64,000 nucleotides of DNA from positions 13,456,001 through 13,520,000 of the forward strand of contig NC_045698.1 in NCBI RefSeq assembly GCF_009834535.1, read 5' to 3'. The position numbers were made by a program, and so were the translations under genes. Below, piece by piece: positions 24,086 through 37,972 of the stretch; position 1 is the first letter of the stretch; each line of letters begins with the position of its first letter. Under the pieces are notes generated by a model. The model made no database searches. It was not told the DNA's origin and saw only the letters and a program-made list of their open reading frames with translations. Source of the stretch: Camelus ferus (lineage: Eukaryota).

Positions 24086-25555
24086 TTTTAATTTCTTGAT
24101 CAAAGTTAGCTCTCCTGAGCTGTTATACCCCCATGCCAGAGAGCCACCTTGTGTTCAGATTGAAATAACTGCACTCATTTCTTCTGTCCATTTTCAAGCC
24201 CTTCAGTTGTTCTCAGCTTTGCATTTTGGTTACTCTTACGATACACACTGCTTTATTTTTTATTTTTTTACTTCTTCGGAAAACCACAAGTCTGTGCCTA
24301 AATTTTGTATCCTTTTAGAAACAATCAAATCCTTTAGTGACATCACCAATCCCAAACTGTAAGCTAAAATTGAAGCACTGGATTTAATGTAATCCCTGGA
24401 TAAAGATATTCTATGTTAGAAAATGTCTTCATCCCTTAACAATAGATGTATATTTCTCCTAATATTGCTCAGGAGCAGCAGCAAGCAGTTCAGTCTGACA
24501 TTTAAAACCAGACTACTTTCAACTTGCATATTCATTCTGGAAGATTTCCAACCTGTACTGCAGCTAGGCACTATCTTAATTTATCTGGGTCCTGATTTAG
24601 CTGTGTTTGCTCAGGCAAAATTTCTGCCTAAAGTTCCATTGACTCTGAGGTCAATAAAATCTTTGCATATATAAATCCTGATGAGTCAGTTCTTGAATAA
24701 GCATCTCAGTTTCTGTCAGTGTGATTCCTACTGTTGAATAGCCAAATGTATTTTATGAAGGATTTCAAATGACTTTATGAAGACAAGAGTTAGCCATTGG
24801 GCAGGACACTTGAAATTAAATACAAGAGAAACATAACAGTCTTTCAAAACACTTTCCCTTCAATTTTTAATCTGTAAATAATAGTGGGTAGATTTAGTTA
24901 AAAGCATCTCATATGTGCATTCTGTCACTACTGATATTTGCATTTTAAACGTGTATGTATAATGCAATGCCACCACTTTTGCTCTCTGTGTTGCATGAAT
25001 AGTAGAAAAATGAATCATCTGCTTGTTGCCTATTAAAACATAACACGAAATACTATTGAAATAGATATGCCATAAAATTTGCTAGAATTCTCCACTGCAA
25101 ATATACAAAGATGAGAGAGGGTATAATCTAATGAGGATAATGAAGTCTTTCCAGCATCTTCCATGGTACCAAGCCTTCTGGAAATTAGTGCTCTCAATAT
25201 ATACAAATTTGATTAGACTCGGAGAATTTATTCAAAATCATCTGATGTACAAAATGAGAATATAAGTAGTGAACCTAAAATTTAAAAAGTAAGAACAGAG
25301 AATTTTATCCTCAAAATGTATACTAGCAATGAGAAAATGTTATAGGAAGCAAATGATCTAGGTAAAGGGAGATGCGTGGTGTTGAGGGATGCAGTGGTCC
25401 CTTCGCATTTTCTGGGATGTATCTTAAGAATTTTACCAATCACCGATACACCAATTGGGAAAAAGGAAGGAACTGAATTTACACTAAAATATCATCTAAT
25501 AAGGATTGAATTACCCAGAGCCTATTTACAGAAGTGTGGACGGTGTATGGGCCAC

Positions 25556-25940
25556 TGTATCAGTTAAATCTTGCTGTAAAACAAAGCTCCTCAAGATTTT
25601 GTGTCTTAAACCAACAGCCATATATAGTTCAAAATTTTGTACTTTGATATTTGGGGGTGGACTCAGCTGTTGAGGGGAGGTTCTTATAGTTGTAGCTTGT
25701 CTCACTCATTTATCTGTGGTCACTTCCCAGGGCTTGGTAGGTGGCTGTCCAGGATAGGAGGCCTCAACAAGGCTCAAACTCTGTCCATATGATCTCTCAT
25801 TCACTGCTAGGCGAGCCCGAGTCTGTTCTCATGGTGGCTGGACAGGGATACAAGGCAAACAGCAGAAACATGAAAGGCATTTGAGAACTACACTCAAAAT
25901 TGGCCAATTGCCACTTCATTTATTTTTGCACAAAGCACTT
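25556..25940 (-). mobile_element. Old MLT1 (H/J/K-like) MaLR LTR
   Basis: TGTATCAGTTA...TTGCTGTAAAACAAA...CTTAAACCAACA; TGTTCTCATGGTGGCTGG; TGCCACTTC. Confidence 0.75.
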
Positions 25941-26149
25941 CAAAATTTATCATCAGAGAAACACGTCATCAATTTTTCTTTAAAGCTTTTATATTCACTG
26001 AAATGATTCAGAGGGAGGCTGCCCATGTCCAGAGGATGTCCCAAAGTTCACGGCCATAGACATGATGGCAACAGATCAAGAATTTGTCAATCTTAACAAT
26101 TAACAGATTATCAAGGATTAACAGGTAGCTGGGAAAAAAACTATAATTA

Positions 26150-26730
26150 AAAAAAAATAAAAACTAGGTTAAAAAACAGAAAAAAAGAAGAAAGAAAGAA
26201 AGCTAGAAATTAATGCAATGGAAATGGAAATAGTAGAAAAAGAGACATAAGAAAAAAAAAAAACCTCAGATTAAAAATAGAACTGTCAGAAACAGAACAA
26301 TATGAAAAAAATGGAATTTTTGCAGCTACAGTGAGTAGATTTTCCAGAACATAGAATCAAATGACAAAGATGAAAAGTTTTGGAAAAGATAAGACCCATA
26401 GATAATCAATCAATGTTGACATTTCAACAACAGTGTAAGATGTATTACAGAAAGAGAAGAACACAAAAATTGAAGAGAAGAAACTCATCACTTGAAATCC
26501 TCTTATATTTCTTAGACTAACATCAAAATTTTCAAATGGAGAGGACCCAGCTATTACCCAGTATAGTGAGTTATAAAGACTCTTTCCCAAAACCATTGTG
26601 AAAATTCTGTTATAACAATGATAAATAATAGATTCTAGAAGCTTTCAGTAAGGAATCACAAGAGCAAGCCAACACATTAACAAACATATCGAAAAGAATG
26701 AGAATTAGACTGTGTTTGACTTTGTAACAT
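26150..26730 (+). mobile_element. HAL1/L1 ORF1-like remnant
   Basis: A-rich; CATTGTGAAAATTCTG...GATAAATAATAGATTCTAGAAGCTTTCAG...GAATTAGACTG. Confidence 0.6.
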
Positions 26731-26919
26731 GCTTCACAGCTGAATAAATATCTGTGACCCTGTATTGTTAGTTACTTGAAGTTGGTGGCTTGTTTGATTC
26801 TTTCGCCACTATATTCAAAACTATTCATGCTGTTTCTGAAGCAATATATGCCGCTAGTAAATATTTAGCCCAAAATACTTAATGTTTCAAGTGGACTTTG
26901 AAAATATGCATGGGGTGTA

Positions 26920-27765
26920 GAATCGTTTTTAACTTGTTTTAATTTGCAATTCCCCAATGACTTACGAAGTAGAATAGCTTTTCACAGGCTTATCTGTCAT
27001 CTGTATGTCTTCTTCGGTGAGGTGTGTTAAGACCTTTGGCCCATTTTCTAATTGGATTGTTCATTTTCTTCTTGTTGAGTTTTAAGAGTTCTTTATAGAT
27101 TTTGAATAACAATACTTTATCTGTAACTCTGTGGCAGACATTTTCTCCCTCTCTGTGACAGGTCTTCTCATTCCCTTGACAGTATATTTTCTTTAAAGCA
27201 GAGCTTGTGATTTTAATAAAATTCAGCTAATCAATTCCTTCTTTCCTGGGTCTTGCCTTTGGTGCTGAATGTAAAAGTCATCACCAAATCCAACGTCATC
27301 TGGATTTCTTCCATGTTATCTTCTAGGCATTTTATGCTTTAGCATTTGACACTGAGACTTCTCATTCATTCTGAGTTAATTTTTGTGAAAAATGTCTGTA
27401 TCTAGATTCAGTTTGTTCAGTTGTTCTAGCGCCATTTGTTGAAAAGACTATCTTTTCTCCATTGCATTGCCTTTGCTCCTTTGTCACCGGTCTACTTCTG
27501 GGTGCTCTGTTCTGGTCCAGTGACAACAACCAGTAGTTGTCTGTGCTGTCACATTATCTTGATTACTGTAGCTTTCTAGTCTTAAACTTAGTGTCCGTTT
27601 TCTCTGTTTTTCTCTTTCAAATATTGTGTTGGCTATTCTAGATCTTTTGCTTCTATGTGTAAATTTTAAAAACAGTTTATCAATACTGAAAAAATAACTT
27701 GCTGGGCTTTTGATTTGAGCTGCATTAAATCTATAGATCAAGTTGGGAAGAATGAACATCTTGTC
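26920..27765 (-). mobile_element. L1 ORF2 remnant
   Basis: ORF 27484-27759 (ILPNLIYRFNAAQIKSPASYF...KRSRIANTI) is recognisably L1 ORF2; the frame is broken. Confidence 0.9.
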
Positions 27766-28619
27766 AAATTTATATTTTTTTAATGAAATTTAGAATCACT
27801 CCGACTCTTCTTGCCTCTCATTAGGGCTTAAAATGTAATCATGTACACTTACATGGTATTTTGAGAAGTATTTACATCTTTTCATTTTGTCTTACTGTTT
27901 AATAAAATGTTTGCTGTCTCTTAACGTATACAAATACTCCTTTGAGTCTAAAATAAACTTTGTCTATTCACACACATTTTGTTAAATTCATCTTACTTTG
28001 CTAGCTAACTATGATATTATCTTAAGAATTGACAAGTATTTTATACATCATCCATTATTTTCTACATACTTAAATGGTATATATAATACAGGGGCATTTA
28101 CTTCCTAAGATGTTTTAAAAACATAGGTTAAACATTCTGTCTCCTAAGTCTTCTAAATATTTTTCTTTAGTAGTTTTGTGGTTTTTACACCTGTGTTATC
28201 TGTTTAGAATCCCAGACATATATAAACCAGGAGGCAGCTCATATGAGAGATTAGCTTATTGTCCGGTTTACTTGTGTAAAATTAATATCAACAGGGGCAG
28301 CAGGTAAGGTTGACTGTTCCAGGTCTGGCTACGTCTCCTCCAGGTAACTGGCTTCCTTCCAGACCCTGCTGTTCTGCTCACCATAAACAGGGTTGTCTGG
28401 AAGACCTTCAAGATCTCATGCCAAGAAACACTTCTCAGAACCATGAAACCTTATGTGTATGTGAATCCCCTACCCAGCAGTGATCTTCACGTCCCACAAA
28501 ACACAAACACACTCATGTTTTGGGACTTTAATCGGAAACCAGGCAGTGTTGTCCTCAAATAGAACATCTGGAGCCAGTTGCTTTGCTTTTGCACCAAAAC
28601 TTTGCTATTTATCTGTTAG

Positions 28620-28760
28620 GGGGTACTTGGGAAGCTTACTATGTCTCTTTGTGTCTCAGTCATCATTTGTATAAATGCAATTTAAATGCATTAATGGATC
28701 TAAAACACCTAGTACAATGTCTGACAATTAGCAAACACTAAAAGCACTTGTTATTAATCA
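28620..28760 (+). mobile_element. MIR fragment
   Basis: TGTCTCTTTGTGTCTCAGTCATCATTTGTATAAATG...TAGTACAATGTCTGACA. Confidence 0.65.
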
Positions 28761-28859
28761 TTTGACTGGTTAAGTCAATGCAACACAGAGTTGAGTGAGG
28801 AAAGAAAGACTGGACTATGGGAGATAAAGATACAAATTATCTTTCAGAAGAAAATTAAA

Positions 28860-29240
28860 TGAAATGGAAACTCATTTGCTTAGTCTTCATGGAAGAAATA
28901 TGTCAATATGTATTAAAAAAAACTATGGTACTCTCATCTCAATAATTCTACTTTTAGTTATTCATGCTAAGAACATATTTTATCTAAAAATATTCAAAGC
29001 AGTAATTATAAAAATAAAGCATGTTTCCAACAACAGGAGAATAGTTCATCTTAATTTTTGCATATCCATAAGATGGACTATTGGTTCAGATTTAGAAATT
29101 ATGTCCTAAATATCACTTATAACAGAAAATATTGATATTATAACGTTATCTATATAAATTATAACAAAATAAACTTACATGTAGCATTAAATCCCACGTA
29201 TATATTAACGTGAATTCACATGTAAAGAAAGAAATGGTGA
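28860..29240 (+). mobile_element. Old L1ME 3' fragment
   Basis: CAATAATTCTACTTTTAG, ATGTTTCCAACAACAGGAGAATAG. Confidence 0.5.
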
Positions 29241-30299
29241 AAGTTGTTTCAGAAATCCTCTTGTTAAATCTTTCTTTTGTGGGCTAGTGATCTTGTCATT
29301 CATTAAACATTTAATGACTTTTCCCCAATCTCTTTGAGAAAAAATAGGGCTAAGAAATCATCAGTGTTACTCTTTATTGTTTTCCGCTAAGTCCCAGTGA
29401 GATCCATGTGTAACTTTCTCCAATATATGAATTTCAAACTATTGTAATGAATTGAATATGAAATGCTTTCATTGTTTTCGGAGAAATCACTGTGTAAAAA
29501 TTCTGCCAGCTTGCTACTGAGTGCTGGTTCTAAATAACACAGAAAGCCTGCTCATTCAATCTTCTACAAATGGGTAATGGAGTTATGATTGATTCTTATC
29601 ACTGCCAATCACTTTTCCTTTAGAGAGGTTGTAAGAAGGTTGGAATACATACAAATCTGCTAGTTGTGGGTGGTTACTGGCAAATGCTTTGCATCTATGC
29701 TGTAAAGTGTTGGGAACAAGGTCCCCTTCTGACATAACTCATTCTCAAAAAGAGGATGAAAATCTCACAGGCGAATTTGAGCAATATGTTTAGAGCATCT
29801 TTATTTCCTACTATGGGAAGCCCTTCATACTTCCCACCACTAACTAGTTCTTAGTCACTGTGAACTGGTGAATCATATAAAAATAAATGATACGTGATTT
29901 GCAGAATTTTGAGATTTTTCCTAGCAGTGTCATCAAAACAACCACCAGTCTGTCCCCAATCCCTACCATGTACTTGAAGAGACTACAACTTCCAGGTTTC
30001 CACGTACCACTGGTATTTCCCATCTCCATGCTTTCTGACCTGTTGTTTTATGGCTATTTATAATACAGGGACCATTTCTAAATATTTCACTAGTGGCCTT
30101 GAATGCAACTCTTCTGACTTTGAGGATTGGTTGCTCAGTGGGTGTTCTAGTTAGGATAAAGGAGGAAAGCAGTGGGAAGAAACACATGTTCTCTTCTGTT
30201 CTTTCACAGAGACAGGATTACTCTTCTTCCTGAGCCAAAATACAAGTATATCATCATTTTCTTCACTCAGCATCTCTCCATTTATTTTTCTTTTCTTTA

Positions 30300-30498
30300 T
30301 CTTTTTCTTTTTTTTTTAAATTGAAGTATAGTTGATTTACAATGTTGTGCCGGTTTCGGGTATACAAGATAGTGATTCAGTTATATGTATATATGTTCTT
30401 TTTCATATTATTTTTATTATAGGTTATTACAAGCTGTTGAATATAGTTCCCTGTGCTATACAAACTACTATTTACAAAACAGATAAATGACAAGGTCC
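30300..30498 (-). mobile_element. Young 5'-truncated L1 3' end with a short 5' inversion
   Basis: Poly-T, then antisense L1 tail to ~30462, then sense AACTACTATTTACAAAACAGATAAATGACAAGGTCC. Confidence 0.85.
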
Positions 30499-31814
30499 AT
30501 TCACTTTTTTATTCAGTGTATATTTTTCTAAGAGTTGAATAAAGGCTACCTTTCTCAAGTGTTAGTATTTAAGAGAGATAATTTTTAGTTACAATTTTCT
30601 AGATGTTTAGTTGAAAGGTAGAAAATTCTTCATCAAGGCATGTTAGTACATAGTTACTATTGCAAACCAGAAGCCCATCTTAAGGGAATTGAATATAATT
30701 TGGAAATAAACTCGAATGCTACCCAAGCCTAGCTAAATACTCTCCATTATGATTTAAAATATCATGGCTTAAAAAAAAGCAGGTAATTTCAAAAGATCCA
30801 TCTGTATAAGCTAAAAGGTAATTTAATCATAAAAAGCAAAAGGGTTTAGAAAATAAGTTCAGAAAAATATTCAGAGCACAAATTTTAATTAGCAGTATTT
30901 AATTAGACCAGGGATGTGTCTGCTGTCTGCTTTAGTTAGTACATGATACATAACCAGCAGAAAGTGATGACAAATAGTTTGGGTTGGCAATTTGTTTGTG
31001 TCCAATACTAGGAATTTAAGATAGTAGCTAATACAAGGATTTTAGAGCCTTGACAAATGCTTTTCTCTATCAAAAGGTTACTGGCTCAATGAAGACTCTA
31101 CAGAAGGAATAAAAGTTGTTATGTGGTATCAGGTCTCGAATTAGATACATTTCTTTCCCTGGCTTAACTCACCCACATACCACATCTTAAGAAAAAAGGA
31201 AAAGTAAAAGTTGTGATAAATTAGATGGAATTAAGATTCCAGTGATTACCAACCATTTAATTTATATGAATTGCTAAATAGTTGCTTAATAAACACTCTA
31301 CCTACGAGATTTTTCTAGACGTATTTTGATACGTATTCACAAGACATGCTGACTCAGGACACCATCCACAGCACTTTTATTTTCTAAGCGTTTAATACTT
31401 TACACTGACTACAGTGATTTATTATCATCACATCAAAGTGAAATATAACTTTTTCAAATGGAAGGCTTAGAAAATAATCAAGAACTGTCCACTTCTTTGA
31501 GAAAGCATTTGTTTCTGATATTCCTTTTTCACTGCACAATAACTGTTCAGCAGAGAGGGACTTTCACAGAATAGCAAATCTGTACAGACTTGCAATCCTC
31601 AAACTCTTGGCTCTAAAATGCAGACATTTTTCCTTTTAAAACACACAATGAGTATAAATACTTAACTGAAGCATCTGATTTCTAGTTGAAACCAAAATAA
31701 ATTTAATCATTGAATCTCAGAAATTCTTAAATATATGTGATTGTTTAAACAACAAAGTTGAATGTTTAGAATTAATATATTATATATATTAGAAAAAAAT
31801 CTCACTTCTTTTAA

Positions 31815-31938
31815 CTCTTTTTTGTTGTTTTCATATTCTTTTTCATTATAGGTTACTACAAGATATTTAATACAGTTCCTTGTGCTGTACAGAAGAAATT
31901 TGTTGTTTTATCTGTTTTATATATAGTAGTTGCATATC
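31815..31938 (-). mobile_element. Young L1 3' UTR fragment
   Basis: TTTTCATATTCTTTTTCATTATAGGTTACTACAAGATA; same family as the copy at 47041-47837. Confidence 0.85.
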
Positions 31939-32056
31939 TTGAACACCCTCTTTCATGTCAGTTAGGCTGTAGACCTTAAGCCCTTAGGAGAGTATGTCTT
32001 ATATTTATGTGTGTGTTTGTATATGTGTGTAAGTGCTTTGTGTATGTATGTAGATA

Positions 32057-32505
32057 TGTTTAAGGTTGGAGTTCCTTTGGGATGATTCTGAGACAAGGAT
32101 TTGAAGGTGAGTGATTTATCTGGGATAGGATTTCAGAAAGCATTAGTAAGGTAAAGCAGGGGTACAGGAAGTGAACGAAATAAGCCAATGCAAGGGATAC
32201 TGATGAATGGGTGACTGCTGGGTGCATCTTGGGCTCCGCAGTGCTGGGGACATCTAAGAGATGGTTCAGGACATGCCTCGGAGTCACCCCACCGAGAGAG
32301 GCAAAACTTGAGATGTTTGTGTACCAATTCAATTCTGTCATAGGTAGGGGCTGCTTCGAGGGGCATTAACTGCTCAGCATTCTTAGTCTGAACTTCAGGC
32401 AGCCCAGAGAAAAGCTCTGGGCAGAGGGACAGGTGTTTGCAGTAAGAAGACACATTAGCAAAGAGTATCCAGGCTGTAAAGGCAGGGCACTAACGGCATG
32501 TGTTA
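32057..32505 (-). mobile_element. LTR16-like ERVL LTR
   Basis: TCTGAGACAAGGATTTGAAGGTGAGTGATTTATCTGGGA...AAGCCAATGCAAGGG. Confidence 0.78.
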
Positions 32506-32784
32506 GAATTTACATGTGTAATTGTACACACTGATTTTAATAGCTAACTAATATGAAATGTAAATTCCAAGAACAAGAAAAGACATTAAGAAAAATAAGA
32601 ACTACTTGATTATCAAAACAAAATTAATATAAGGGGAAAGCATCTCCACATGGATGTCAATAATTTAATTAATTTTGAAGATAGGAGGTTTTATATTGAT
32701 TCAGTAAAAATATGTGGTTGAACAGGAGTGCAAGACTAAGAAGAGAACCAGGATGGAGTTGGGTAGGTGCTGAAATAAGAAACT

Positions 32785-32919
32785 AACCTTAATATGAAAA
32801 TGAATATATGTCTGTATATGCATGACTGGGACATTGTGCTGTACAGCAGAAATTGACACATTGTAATTGACTGTACTTCAAGGAAAATTTAAAAAAAAAT
32901 TTTTTTAATTAAAAAAAAA
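32785..32919 (+). mobile_element. Young L1 extreme 3' end with A-rich tail
   Basis: ATGCATGACTGGGACATTGTGCTGTACAGCAGAAATTGACACATTGTAATTGACTGTACTTCAA followed by poly-A. Confidence 0.88.
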
Positions 32920-33759
32920 GTAAGTAGTGGTAAGACCAAGAGGAGACAGAGATCATAAGCTGAGACCCAAAGTCTAAATATCGAATTAGATACACTGAGA
33001 GAGCTACTCAGGATTAGATCCTCGTTTTACAGAGTTTGCAAAAATATTCATCTCACATCTGCAGCACACATGCCGATCACCTAGGGCCATGCTATTGAGT
33101 CTTTTACTGCTAACTTTCTCGGCATCACTGAGAAAGAGACAACACATCCCAAATATTCTTTTGTTTGGAAAATAATATAGAAGCCTGAGTGATTTCTAGT
33201 CATCACTCTGAGCTATAATCCCCTGGAGGCATGGATATTTTCCACATAATGTATCTCAGAATACACTTCTACAGTTAAACAAGTCGCAGAATCACTTAAG
33301 AAGGGGTATTGTGGCTTGAATGTTCACTTCTAACATTCCCTCTCGTTTCCTTTTTGGAAAAATAAAATAATGAGAAGAGTCTACTGGTGGAACATGGGAT
33401 GTTTATTCATAGCTCTGGGCTCTGCTGAGTCACTGAGGATGAGAGTGAGATAAGGGGTTTTAGATTCACTAGAACTGAGCAAAAGCAGACAACTCACCTA
33501 GGAAAAGGAAGCCTGGTTCTGCTCAGAGATTGGAGCTAGTGCCATAAACCTTCAATTTTTATGGGTTTAGGCCAAAAATGCTAGTGGGTCACATTGGGAA
33601 AGACCAAAAAAAAAAAAAAAAAGATGCTTTATAAACAGTGAATGATAATCTCAAAGTAGATGAATGCCTCTGCACACTTATGGAAACTGATCAGCCTAAT
33701 TATGTCAACAGAGATGCAAGTGTGACAGCAAAGATAAGATGTGTTTTTCTTTCCTCTTC

Positions 33760-34755
33760 TTTTCTGAGATACAATTATCAGATAACTGCATGAATTTAAA
33801 GTGTACAACATAATAATCTGATATATGTATAGACTGTGAAATGTTCACCAAAATAAATTTGATTAACATCCATTGCAATGCATAGTTACAATTTTTTCTT
33901 TTATTGAGAAATTTGAAGCTCTACCTCTTAGCGACTTTCACATATAAAATGCAGTATTGTTAACTATAGACACCGTTCTGTACATTACATCCCCAGAACT
34001 TATTTTATAACTCTAATTGTACATTTTCACCATCTTCACCCATTTTGCCCACTCCCCACCTCCACCTCTGATAATCACCAATCTTCTGTTTGCTCTGCCT
34101 AGGAATTTGTTTGTTTAGATTCCATGTATAAGTGAGATCACACTGTATTTGTCTTTTCCTGTCTTACTTATTATACATAGCATAATTTTCTCAAGGTCTA
34201 TCTTTGTTGTCACAAATGACAGGATTTCCTTCTTATCTATAGCTGAATAGCATCCCGTTGTGTATATACACCACAACATCTTTATTTGTTCATTCATCAG
34301 TGGACATGTAGGTTGCTTCCATGTCTTGGATATTGTTAAAAATGCTGCAGTAAACATAGGGGTACAGATATCTTTTAGAGATAGTAATTTTATTTCCTTT
34401 GGATAAATACCCTGAAGTGGAGCTGGATCATGTGGTAGTTCTGTTTTTTCAGGGAAACTCAGTATGCCGTTTTCCATAACTGTACCAATTTACATTCCCA
34501 CCAACAGTGCATGAGTGTTCCCCTTTCTTCATATCTTCACCAACACTTGTTATTTCTTAGCTTTTTTTTTTTTTTTGGTAGTAGCCTTTCTAAGTAGTAG
34601 ACAAGTGTGAGGTAAGATCTCACATTTGTATATTTGATTTACATTTTTTGATGATTAATGGTATTGGGCACTTTTTCATGCACCTGCTGGTCATTTGTAT
34701 GTCTTGTTTAGAAAAATATCTATTCAGTTCTTCCACCCATTTTTTAATTGGATGT
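33760..34755 (-). mobile_element. L1MA9-like 3' end with ORF2 C-terminus
   Basis: ORF 34115-34477 (ELPHDPA...DICTPMFTAA...WKQPTCP) is the L1 ORF2 C-terminus; 3' UTR toward 33760. Confidence 0.92.
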
Positions 34756-36303
34756 GTTTTTCAATACCTTTTGTGAGATCAACTTGGTATAGTCATAGAT
34801 GGAACAAGAATGGCCTTGAATTCAAGAATTACCTATGTGCGCACACACATACGAACACACACACACAAAACTCTCCATTGAAAGTCTGTTAAAAACATGT
34901 CATAAATTTAACATTCTAAGCATGTGTACCTTCATTGCAACTGCAGTAATATGATCAAGTCAGTCTGTTCATAATTAAGCCCCTACAAGCTTCAATTATT
35001 TTAGAAGGTTGTTTGTTGAGCAAGGAACAAACATTTCATTGCAAAAAGATGAATAGTGGCCTGGCCCACCATAGATAAATTTTCCCGTGAAAATTACTGA
35101 CACAAGGACTTGAATTTATGTGATCTACTGCCATTTTATGACTATGCATATTTTTAATAATAACAGTCATTAATTATATTTCATAATAATTTTTATGCTC
35201 CACAAGTTATTATTGTTATGGTCCACTTGGAAATTACATATATCTTATGAGTATTTTCAAAGGGAATTGTCTAAGCATATGAAAGTCTTCTATTCAAACC
35301 AGAAAGTACATTCATTTTGACAATAATTAACAAAATGCTAACTAAGCTAAAAGTTCAATGCTTAGACTAGGAAGCCATCTTGAGATTCTTTATTCCTCTG
35401 AGAGTTATTACAAGATGATATTTAAAGATACATAATTTTATATATAAATTAATTAGATTTTTTATATTAATTTTTGGTTTTGTCATGATAAAATGCATAT
35501 ATTTTATATTTTGAGGATTTACTTTATTTCAAAGTGCCAATAGGGCTTTTAAAATAGATCTCTATGCTTTAGCAAAAGGAACTATATTTTTTCTTTTAAA
35601 TTTTGGTCTCTCATAATAAGACCAATTACAAATAAACTTATATTAAACTTCTGTTACAAAACTTCATATTGAATTAATACGTAAAGATTAATAAATGTGC
35701 TGGCATACGTGACAAGTATATTAAAGTGGAGTTTCAAATACTAGATGTAACTGAAAACAATTCATTTAGTCAAATATTTTAACTAGACCTAGTATAATTT
35801 TATTTAAAATTTTCATTCAATAGTTGTATTTTATATAATCAATGCACAGTGAAGTAAAACCCAAGTACATTAAATAATTTGCAATATTGTTGTATACAGC
35901 ATATGCACCCATTTCTGTTTTGGTGGCCACATTAATATATATCAATAATAATCTTTGTTATTTTAAAATACATGGTTCAAACATGCTGAACATGTTTCTA
36001 GACTCAAAGATTCCAATTTACTAAACTTTTTGTCTCATCTAGATCATATTTATAGATTTCAATTTCTTTAATACTATTTTTCCCAATCTTTTTAAAGCAC
36101 TGGGAAGTCAATCTGTGGTCCCTAGAAGTATACAGAAGAAGTTTTAAGGTTAAAATGAGGAGACAGAAGAGAAAGGCTTTCTTATGAAGAGAATGGTGTG
36201 TGTGGTTTGGTTTCTTTTTTAAAGGTATGACCATCCCCCTGACCTCTGACTTTGCACACTCCCTCTAAAATAATTCAATAAATAAATAAATACAGTAAAT
36301 AAA

Positions 36304-36362
36304 GTATATATAAAATATGTATATATATATGTGTATATATATATATATAACTCATATATATG
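36304..36362. repeat. (TA)n-rich microsatellite
   Basis: Visible directly. Confidence 0.85.
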
Positions 36363-37972
36363 GATATAGGTAGATATCAACATGTGTGTGAACTTTTATT
36401 ACCAGGAAATTTCATATTGTGATATTCTAGACACAATACATACATTTCATTTCTCAGAGTGACCCATTAACTTTTACTATTATCTCCATATTGAGATTAA
36501 TAAACTTGGATTCAAAGAGCATCAGTAATTGAAGTTCTCTTCACTCTAGGCAGCTGTAGAGTAAGATTCTATGTGCTTCCTGTGCCCATTACCCATTTAA
36601 TTAAAGTTTGCCAGATAATCAGGCTACTGATTTTAAGTAAACCAAAAGCAAAGGCTTCCAAAATGCTCAGTTCACTAAAATATCAGGAGACGAGTCAGTC
36701 TATTGTTAACCAACACCACTAGTCTGTGACCAAAATATGTATAATTTTCTATTTGCTGTACCTAAAACTACAATTCCATTGATATTGATCCTAATAATAA
36801 TTTTTTTATCAGACATGCAGTTCATAACATAGTTACCTAAATAAACCTTGTGTCCTATAGCAATACAGCGACGACCAGATCAAAATCCGGTGACCACGTC
36901 GTCTTCGTATACGCATTACTGACGTGCCAAAGCTGATTCATACTCTGCACATAATTGGTTTCATCCAAGTGTAAAGCAAAAAATCTGCCGTCAGACAAAC
37001 GTGATAGTAGTTGGGTGATGCCCAACATGTCGCTTGATAAAAGAGTTTTGCCAACAGCTCATGCTGCTTTTTCTCAGTGCCTGAAATTTGTTGTAACATT
37101 CACAGCTATTTTTTACAAGCTTTGGAGCAAGTGCAATAGAATTTTTTTTTCCTAAACCAGGAATGCATCTTTCCATGATGCTCAGTGTTTATGGTCTCTT
37201 CTCCACGTTTAGATTTATAATTCATTAATTTTAAACTTGCAAGTGTTATTTTGTGCTTCTTCTGTATAAAACTACAATTGCTTTCTTAGAGGGCAGCAGC
37301 AAGCAATGCTGTTTTGAAAATGATACGAAATTTTAATGGCTTCCTGCCACTATTTACATGGCTGCCAAGAAAAGACACTGGGAGTTGGAGCAAATGGACC
37401 TCCAGTTCAATTAAGTTCTTTTCCTCCATGTTTTCATAATCAGGTTTATATGCAAATTTTTATGTTTCAGGTGACTTGGGAACTTTTTGGAGGCACAAAC
37501 TTCATTATCCCAGCAGATACTGGAGTTCTGTTGGCCATTTTCCATTTATGTTAGTCTTCCCATCACTGATTTTATGCTATAGTGAAGAGTTGCTGAATCT
37601 GATCAATCTTTGCCAGTCGGAATTATAACACAGCTCAATAATATCAATAAAAAACAGCTTTAACAAATAAAAACATTAGTGCAAATTACATTAGTCTAAG
37701 ATTAATTAAACAGTATAGCTATTTTAGAGCATGAGCAGCATTTCAGAGTGTGATATAATTATTATGGGATTCCTTTGAAAATTATTATGTGTGTCTCATT
37801 TCAAACGGGTGAAGTGCAGATAAAATATTTAATCACGTTGACCTCTAAAGATTGTAAACCCCTTTGATACCGTATCACAAAGTATTGAGTGCCACCTGCG
37901 GTCCACAGACAATTTTCGGATCCTACAAGGTATAGGCTGATTTCAGTGGTGTATTAAAAGTCTAGGCGTATT

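Noticed and set aside
35968..35997. Three CATG cores resembling a p53 site
   Set aside because: Core spacing is 11 and 9 nt rather than 10; only one perfect decamer
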